DNA of 64,000 nucleotides from the human T2T-CHM13v2.0 reference genome, Homo sapiens. Under the pieces are notes generated by a model, which saw only the letters and a list, made by a program, of their open reading frames with translations, searched no databases and was not told the origin of the DNA. This document shows positions 62,382-64,000 of the stretch, piece after piece. Within the stretch, counting starts at the first letter, position 1; every line of letters starts with the position of its first letter. Position numbers and translations under genes: made by a program. Where the stretch lies: the NCBI RefSeq assembly GCF_009914755.1, contig NC_060925.1; one strand, 5' to 3'.

Positions 62382-62660
62382 GTACTGCACAGTCCACTGT
62401 AGCCCCTCATTCATATACTCAGAGTCACTCTTCTGGCTGTGGCGAGGACATCCTGTGACATGATGCCTAGAGAGTCTGGAAGAATGTTCTCCAGAACTTT
62501 TCCAGCCCTATCCAACAGAATTCTTGGGTGGGAACTTGGAGGCATTGGATATTATCTTTAAATGAAGAGATCAAATTAATAAATTATTTTTAAAATTAAT
62601 GTTTATATTTATTTATTGAACACCTATAAAGAGTAAAATTTGTGTAGAAAAGAATAAAAC
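62382..62660 (+). other. Candidate terminal exon H (GTAQSTVAPHSYTQSHSSGCGEDIL*, stop 62456-62458) and 3'UTR
   Basis: CCCTGTCTCTCCCTCCCTAG|GT acceptor, phase compatible; AATAAA at 62578 and 62653. Confidence 0.55.
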
Positions 62661-62969
62661 CAGAATGGTCTGAAATGTGTGGAAAAGGTTAAAGGAGAAA
62701 TGAGTTTTCTTTATTAGCTATCTCTGTTTCAGAAGACTAGAATGGGAATTTCACTGCTGTGGGAAGGTAAGAAATATTAATAGATAGTGAGGATGTAGAA
62801 TTCCTTGACTTCCATTACATGCTTAGGAAGAACAGAAAAACTGTCACATGTGAAAGGATTGCAGAATAAAATCTGAATGTTTTAAAATGAGGACAACTTA
62901 CCATACCAGGTGAGCTTCACTCAAGAGAATGACAGAACTCGTGAAGAGCACGCTTGCCTCGAGCCTGGA

Positions 62970-63760
62970 ATATAGCCATTCTGACTACTGTGAGATGATA
63001 TCTCACTGTAGTTTTAATTTGCATTTCTCTGATGATTAGTGATGTGCATTTTTTCATATGTTTGTTGGCCGCTTGTATGTGTTCTTTTGATAAGTGTCTA
63101 GCCATGTCCTTTGCCCATTTTTTAAATAGGGTTATTTGGTTTTGTCTTGTTGATTTAAGTTCCTTATAGAGTCTGGATATTAGTCCTTTGTCAGGTGCAT
63201 AGTTTTCAAATATTTTCTCCCATTCTGTAGGTTGTCTGTTTACTCTGTTGATTATTTCTTTTGCTGTGCAGAAGCTTTTTAAGTCCCATTTGTCAATTTT
63301 CGTTTTTGTTGCATTTGCTTTTGAGGTCTTAGTCATAGGCCAATGTCAAGAAGAGGTTTTCCTAGGTTTTCTTCTAGCATTTTTATGGTTTGACGTCCTA
63401 TATTTAAGTCTGTAAACCATCTGAATTAATTTTTGTATATGGTGGGAGGTAGGGGTCCAGTTTCATTCTTCTGCATTTGGCTAGCCAGTTTTCCCAGCAC
63501 CATTTATTAAATAGGGTATCATTTTCCTCATTGTTTATTTTTGTCAACTTTGTTAAAGATCAGTTGGTTGTAGGTGTGTGACTTTATTTCTGGGTTCTCT
63601 ATTCTTATCCATTGATTCATGTGTCTATTTTTGTGTCGGTACCTTGCTGTTTTTGTTGCTATAGCCTTGTAGTATAGTTTGAAGTTAGGTAATGTGATGC
63701 CTCTGGATTTGTTCTTTTTGCTTTGGATTGCTTGACTATTCGGGCCGTTTTTTGGTTCCA
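62970..63760 (-). mobile_element. L1 ORF2 3' region fragment (older primate L1)
   Basis: ORFs 62917..63336 ([31 protein letters not shown]) and 63528..63761 ([13 protein letters not shown]) are degraded L1 ORF2p. Confidence 0.9.
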
Positions 63761-63767
63761 TGGGGAT

Positions 63768-64000
63768 TTTTTTTTTTTTTTTTGAGACAGGGTCTCACTC
63801 TGTCACCCAGGCTAGAGTGTAGTGGCATGATCTCGGCTCACTTCAACCTCTGCCTCTGGGTTTAAGTGATTCTCCCACCTCAGCCTCTTGAATTAGCTGG
63901 GACTATAGGTGTGTGCTACCACGCCTGCTAACTTTTGTGTGTTTTGGTAGAGATGGGGTTTCACCGTATTGGCCAGGCTGCCCTTGAACTCCTGACCTCA
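63768..64000 (-). mobile_element. Antisense Alu, runs off the window
   Basis: Poly-T, then GAGACAGGGTCTCACTCTGTCACCCAGGCT. Confidence 0.9.

Noticed and set aside
62917-63761. L1 ORF2-like ORFs as an active element
   Set aside because: Fragmentary, frameshifted and interrupted by an Alu.

Overview
Human genomic DNA from the chromosome 1 SRGAP2/FAM72 segmental duplication. The FAM72 residues G82/L94/R99/V122/R125 point to FAM72D, so the partner is probably SRGAP2B; this paralog call is from recall, not a database search. On the minus strand lies the 5' end of SRGAP2: a non-coding exon at about 7933-8030 and the first coding exon 5545-6153 (MTSPAKFKKDKEIIAEYDTQVK). It sits head-to-head, across a CpG island with a CCAAT-rich promoter, with a complete four-exon FAM72 gene (149 aa, CDS 9558-24303, plus strand). 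Downstream, after an abruptly truncated Alu at about 41848, come a variant tRNA-Asn(GTT) gene (41946-42019) and a diverged PDE4DIP/myomegalin-like locus with an Olduvai (DUF1220)-type exon pair (about 47969-62660). That locus has two disabled exons, but one splice path still gives an open 266-aa frame. The rest is repeat-rich: many Alus, a near full-length Tigger1, MER2, MER33, MLT LTRs, old L1/L2/MIR, a MADE1, and a young L1HS-Ta insertion with a target-site duplication (TSD). The most notable unexplained structures are a chain of three stop-start-overlapping uORFs in the SRGAP2 leader and an inverted duplication of an exon-like unit (33385-33549 vs 36670-36852). Repeat boundaries and subfamilies were read by eye and are approximate.
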